Below, piece by piece: positions 53,328 through 57,505 of a DNA stretch of 57,505 nt. A program made the position numbers and the translations under genes. The stretch comes from Bacteroidales bacterium. Lineage in GTDB: Bacteria; Bacteroidota; Bacteroidia; Bacteroidales; UBA3663. The notes under the pieces are model-generated. The model had not been told where the DNA came from and did no database searches. It saw only the letters and a list, made by a program, of their open reading frames with translations. Each line of letters opens with the position of its first letter. The first letter of the stretch is position 1. The stretch lies in the NCBI GenBank assembly GCA_004557315.1, contig SFEH01000006.1:1-57505 (forward strand), given 5' to 3'.

Positions 53328-54665
53328 TCAGGAGAAGAGCTTTTCTATCTGACTGATGTTTTCGTTCTGATACACCACGACGACCTGATCGCCTGGCTGG
53401 ATTACGGTCTGACCAGTGATTGTCATACCTTCTCCGTTGCGCACCAAGCCTCCCAGTGTGATGTTTCTGCTCAAACCAAGTTCAATGACCGGTTTCTGCG
53501 TTATCTTCGAACCAGGCTGCGCAACGATGTCTGCAACTGCGGCATCGTAGATGCTGAACGTCTTGGCATTAGTCTTATCGCTCTTGAGCAACAGACGATA
53601 AATGACCGATGCTGTGAGCTGTTTCTTGTTGATTACTGAACCTATGTTGAGCTTGTCGGCAATAGCTATATATTCGACATCCTCAACCTCAACCACAGTC
53701 TTTCCTACATGGAGCTGCTTTGCCATAAGGCATGCGAGGACATTGCTGCCAGAGTTTTCACCAAGCGCTACCAAGGCATCCTCTTCTCCAATGCCCAGTT
53801 CCATCAGAGTGTCGAGATCTGAAGATTTGCCATTGATGACACTTGCTTTGGGCACCTGCTCCATAAGATGTTCCGCATCTTTCTGATCATCATCGACAAA
53901 GACTACCGACATGCTCTTTGGTAGAAAATGTGTTGACTGGATACCGAGGCGCGAACCGCCAAGGATGACTACTCGGTTGATATGAGTTTCGCGCTTGTTG
54001 CATGCCAAGCGCACATAATTGGCATTGGCAGGAGCCACTATAAAATAGATGAGATCGCCAGCCTTGATGACGTCAGTTCCCTTTGGGATGATGGTTTCTT
54101 CGCCTCGTTGGATAGCTGCAATGTGAAACTGACCGTATTTCTTGCCGATTTCAATCAGCGACAGGCCAAGGATTGGAGTTCCCTTGTCTTCATATACCTT
54201 CACGCAGAGAAGGAGTAGATGACCGTTGCACATCTCGTGAGAAATACGAGCCCATGGACGCATCACTGCCGAAGCGACAGCCTGACCGCCCAACAGTTCA
54301 GGATAGACCAGTCGATTGATGCCAATCTTCTTATAGAACTCACAGTTGGCTTCACTCATTGTCTCATAGTTATCGACACGAGCAACAGTCTTTCGAGCTC
54401 CGAGATTGGCTGCAAGGATACAGGCATGGATATTGATACTCTCAACAGGCGTCACTGCGACAAATAGGTCGGCATTGGGCACACCCGCCTCCTTAAGATC
54501 ACTGATCGATGTAGGTGAACCGATCAGAGTCATGATATTATAAAATGTGAGCTGACCCACCTTCTCTGCGTCGGAATCGATCAGAGTAACATCCATGTTT
54601 TCTCGTGCAAGAAGCTTTGCCAGATGCGTTCCAACTTCAGCTGCACCAACAATCACGACTTTCAT
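53328..54665 (-). CDS. trkA: Trk potassium-uptake system NAD-binding subunit TrkA
   Basis: It has two RCK-N/RCK-C repeats. The motifs are VVIVGAAEVGTHLA and VVILGGSRLG. Confidence 0.9.
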   Translation of the reverse strand: MKVVIVGAAEVGTHLAKLLARENMDVTLIDSDAEKVGQLTFYNIMTLIGSPTSISDLKEAGVPNADLFVAVTPVESINIHACILAANLGARKTVARVDNYETMSEANCEFYKKIGINRLVYPELLGGQAVASAVMRPWARISHEMCNGHLLLLCVKVYEDKGTPILGLSLIEIGKKYGQFHIAAIQRGEETIIPKGTDVIKAGDLIYFIVAPANANYVRLACNKRETHINRVVILGGSRLGIQSTHFLPKSMSVVFVDDDQKDAEHLMEQVPKASVINGKSSDLDTLMELGIGEEDALVALGENSGSNVLACLMAKQLHVGKTVVEVEDVEYIAIADKLNIGSVINKKQLTASVIYRLLLKSDKTNAKTFSIYDAAVADIVAQPGSKITQKPVIELGLSRNITLGGLVRNGEGMTITGQTVIQPGDQVVVVYQNENISQIEKLFS

Positions 54666-54678
54666 AATATGCTTATTA

Positions 54679-56559
54679 TTATATCAACTTCTGAGCAATG
54701 CTCTCTGCATCAATGCCACAGAGTCCATAAAGCTGTGACACCGTTCCGTGAGTGACAAAACTGTCTGGCATGCCAAGGCAGTCGATCTTGCCCTTATAGC
54801 ACTGGCTGTTAGCTTCCTCAAGGATTGCACTTCCGAATCCTCCCTTTACAGTGCCATCTTCGACAGTCACGATGTGGCTGAACTTGGCAAACACCTCCTT
54901 GAGCAACTCGACATCGAGAGGCTTGCAGAACACCATATCGTAATGGGCAATACTCCTGCCTTTCTGCTGGGCTATCGCAATAGCTTTGGTTACCTCTGTG
55001 CCGATTGGACCAAGACTGAGGACTGCCACATCCGAACCTTGTTTGAGACATCGTCCCTTGCCAATCTCAATTTCTTCGAGAGGACATTGCCAATCAACCT
55101 CCGAACCCCGACCTCGAGGGTATCGGATTACCATAGGGCCATTGACCTTTGTAGCGGTGAACATCAAACGACGAAGCCAATGCTCGTTGAGTGGAGAGGC
55201 AACGATCATGTTCGGAATGGCGCGGAAGAATACCAAGTCAAAAGCTCCATGATGTGTAGGGCCATCAGCTCCCACTATACCTGCTCTATCGAGGCAGAAG
55301 ACCACATGGAGATTGAGCAATGCTACATCGTGAATCACCTCGTCGATAGCTCTCTGCATGAACGAACTGTAAATGTTGCAGAATGGCAGGCAGCCCTCCT
55401 TGGCGAGTCCGCCAGAGAAAGTGACCGCATGTTCCTCTGCTATACCGACATCGAAGGTCCGGTCGGGGAAACGCTCCATCATGAAATTCATCGAACAGCC
55501 TGTAGGCATGGCAGGTGTGATGCCGACGATTCGCTTATCTGCCTCAGCAAGTTCTACAAGCGTCTTGCCAAAGACATCCTGAAAACGCGGTGGCATTCCT
55601 TCCGAGTTCTCCTTGATGATCTCTCCTGTCTCTGGATTGAACTTTCCAGGGGCATGCCAGATCGTTGCCTCCTTTTCGGCTGGTTCATAACCCTTGCCCT
55701 TGACTGTGCAAATATGCAACATCTTCGGGCCTTTCAGGTCTTTGATCTTGCGCAGGAAATGAACAAGACTCACAACATCATGACCATCTATTGGTCCGAA
55801 ATATCGGATATCAAGTCCCTCGAAGATATTCTGACGGCGGGAGAACAAAGACTTGAGCGAGTTGTTGAACCTAATCACAGCACGGCGCATGCTGTCTTTC
55901 ATCAGATTATAGCGCCTCAGCGTCGTATAGGCTTTGTATCTTAGCTGATTGTATCGCTGAGAAGTGGTGATTTTGATCAGATAATTATAGAGAGCGCCAA
56001 CATTCTTATCAATTGCCATCTTGTTGTCGTTGAGCACAATCAACAAGTCGTTAGGATGAGACGACGCATTGTTGAGACCCTCAAAGGCAAGACCTCCTGA
56101 TATTGATGCATCTCCTATGACAGCCACTACTTTTCTGTCTTCCCCTTCAAGCTTGCTTGCTACTGCCATGCCGAGTGCCGCAGATATGGAATTGCTGGCA
56201 TGACCAGCTGCAAACGTGTCATATTCACTCTCAGTGGGTGTCGGAAATCCACACAAGCCTCCCATCTGTCTAAGTGTGCTGAATTTATCTTTGCGACCAG
56301 TGAGAATCTTATGAGGATAGGCCTGATGACCAACATCCCACACGATACGGTCGTATGGTGTGTTATAGACATAATGCAAGGCCACGGTCAGTTCGATTAC
56401 GCCAAGGCTTGACGCAAAGTGTCCGGGATGAGCCGAAACCTCGTTGATAATGAACTTTCTCAGAGCTGCGCAGACGTCTTCGAGCTGGCTCTCTGGCAAG
56501 GCTCGTAAATCAGATGGATAACCGATCTTGGTCAAAATGTCACTAATATTTTCCTGCAT
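54679..56559 (-). CDS. dxs: 1-deoxy-D-xylulose-5-phosphate synthase
   Basis: [13 protein letters not shown] and the TPP motif [16 protein letters not shown] are present, with transketolase-like domains. Confidence 0.95.
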   Translation of the reverse strand: MQENISDILTKIGYPSDLRALPESQLEDVCAALRKFIINEVSAHPGHFASSLGVIELTVALHYVYNTPYDRIVWDVGHQAYPHKILTGRKDKFSTLRQMGGLCGFPTPTESEYDTFAAGHASNSISAALGMAVASKLEGEDRKVVAVIGDASISGGLAFEGLNNASSHPNDLLIVLNDNKMAIDKNVGALYNYLIKITTSQRYNQLRYKAYTTLRRYNLMKDSMRRAVIRFNNSLKSLFSRRQNIFEGLDIRYFGPIDGHDVVSLVHFLRKIKDLKGPKMLHICTVKGKGYEPAEKEATIWHAPGKFNPETGEIIKENSEGMPPRFQDVFGKTLVELAEADKRIVGITPAMPTGCSMNFMMERFPDRTFDVGIAEEHAVTFSGGLAKEGCLPFCNIYSSFMQRAIDEVIHDVALLNLHVVFCLDRAGIVGADGPTHHGAFDLVFFRAIPNMIVASPLNEHWLRRLMFTATKVNGPMVIRYPRGRGSEVDWQCPLEEIEIGKGRCLKQGSDVAVLSLGPIGTEVTKAIAIAQQKGRSIAHYDMVFCKPLDVELLKEVFAKFSHIVTVEDGTVKGGFGSAILEEANSQCYKGKIDCLGMPDSFVTHGTVSQLYGLCGIDAESIAQKLI

Positions 56560-56580
56560 GATTTTGGCAATTGAGAATCA

Positions 56581-57216
56581 TTATTTTGCTGTTTTGATGC
56601 TGTCGCGGAGTACAAGTATCGATTCTGGTCCCATATTGAAGAGCAAGTCAAGAATACTGAGATTTGGCATAAACGGATGCTTCAATCCGACTACCTGATA
56701 ATAAGGCTTTGCCATAAACTCGGGAACCGCCATCGACACGTCTTTCTTCGGATGAAGAGTGTTTCGCAAATCTCTGATACCTTCTGTTTCGGGCGAGACA
56801 TATTCGGTGGTGTATCGCACATTGGGCTCAAATCCAATCAGACGACATATATGTTGCCTCAAGTTTTCGTTCATCTCAAACAATGTCTCTTCTGAGTTCA
56901 GTATCTTCAGGATGTCATCGATGTAATAATCGTAGAAAGGCGTGCTGCCATAATTGCTCATAAAAGCAATCTCGTGCTGATGTAGCCAATCTCCATGTCC
57001 ACTGAGTCTGACCTCTCTGATTGGGCACTTGATGGCATAGCCCTTCTCGACATTGACCGAAAGTGCCAGCGGCCCCTGATCCGTGCCAATGAACATTCTG
57101 TTGCGGTATGACTGCTTGTTGTAATTCTCATTTGCCTCAATCATGATTTCCGGCTCATGGAAAAGCAGTGCGTAATAGGCAACTGGGGCAAAATATGCTG
57201 TTGACAGAAGTACCAT
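56581..57216 (-). CDS. WbqC-family protein
   Basis: It is 211 aa. The N-terminus STAYFAPVAYYALL and the overall pattern match my memory of WbqC-like proteins. Confidence 0.65.
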   Translation of the reverse strand: MVLLSTAYFAPVAYYALLFHEPEIMIEANENYNKQSYRNRMFIGTDQGPLALSVNVEKGYAIKCPIREVRLSGHGDWLHQHEIAFMSNYGSTPFYDYYIDDILKILNSEETLFEMNENLRQHICRLIGFEPNVRYTTEYVSPETEGIRDLRNTLHPKKDVSMAVPEFMAKPYYQVVGLKHPFMPNLSILDLLFNMGPESILVLRDSIKTAK

Positions 57217-57505
57217 TATTCGTTATCTATTGTACTTACTCGCTTGAAGAATCTGTCTTTACGCCATTCGCCTGTCTCCTGATCAATCGACATCCAGATG
57301 AAAAGAGGAGTGCCGACGATGTGATCTTCAGGAACAAAGCCCCAGTAACGACTGTCGGCAGAGTTATCTCGGTTATCGCCCATCATCCAGTAATAGTCCA
57401 TCTTGAACGTATATTCAGCAACAGGCTTTCCGTCTATGTAGCATTGACCATCGGTCACCTTGAAGTCATTGCCCTCATACACCTTGATGCAACGCTCATA
57501 TAAAG
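57216..57505 (-). CDS. lepB: signal peptidase I, C-terminal part (5' end beyond window)
   Basis: GDNRDNSADSRYWGFVPEDHIVG is the S26 box E region. The frame is open to the window edge. The stop TAA overlaps the wbqC ATG (TAATG). Confidence 0.85.
   Translation of the reverse strand, partial: LYERCIKVYEGNDFKVTDGQCYIDGKPVAEYTFKMDYYWMMGDNRDNSADSRYWGFVPEDHIVGTPLFIWMSIDQETGEWRKDRFFKRVSTIDNE

Overview
This is a Bacteroidales-type chromosomal segment, Prevotella/Segatella-like by my reading. That reading rests on TAnnTTTG promoter boxes, a SusC/SusD PUL, a T9SS C-terminal sorting tail and the absence of Shine-Dalgarno sites. Layout: (i) 1-6.05 kb is the right-hand part of an integrated mobile or phage-like element. 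It holds two overlapping unknown genes, then one promoter followed by a DUF3127-like OB-fold gene, a 136-aa unknown, a 788-aa VirE-N/DUF3987-type primase-helicase and a DUF5675-like gene. (ii) 6.4-23.3 kb is entirely minus strand. It encodes a BspA-type LRR surface protein, a membrane-anchored AraC regulator, a Gfo/Idh/MocA oxidoreductase, a YbjQ + MacB-type ABC/FtsX/FtsX/HlyD/TolC efflux operon with one frameshifted permease, a YtrA-like GntR/ABC operon and a GH51 arabinofuranosidase. (iii) 23.3-24.0 kb is non-coding, with a transposase remnant and a long palindrome. (iv) 24.1-27.9 kb is a GNAT / polytopic membrane protein / PD40-CXXCH lipoprotein operon. (v) 28.1-38.7 kb is a PUL (lipoprotein, SusC, SusD, GH30, GH43), followed by M23 and C69 peptidases. 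(vi) The rest is housekeeping: rlmD, uvrA, a Dcu transporter, a TlpA-like oxidoreductase, a Fur-family regulator, trxB, ftsK, trkA, dxs, wbqC and lepB (partial). I saw no rRNA, tRNA or CRISPR array. The most unusual signal is non-genic: a set of strand-asymmetric, short-period tandem-repeat elements. One arm has no C and the other has no G, and the centres are often GC-rich and carry GCGAAGC/GCGCGAAGC. These elements fill intercistronic and intergenic gaps both in the mobile element and in a chromosomal operon. One three-copy family has the same polarity relative to transcription in every copy. I do not recognise these as a described repeat family. I found no convincing novel protein-based system; all protein family calls are by eye from motifs and need HMM confirmation.
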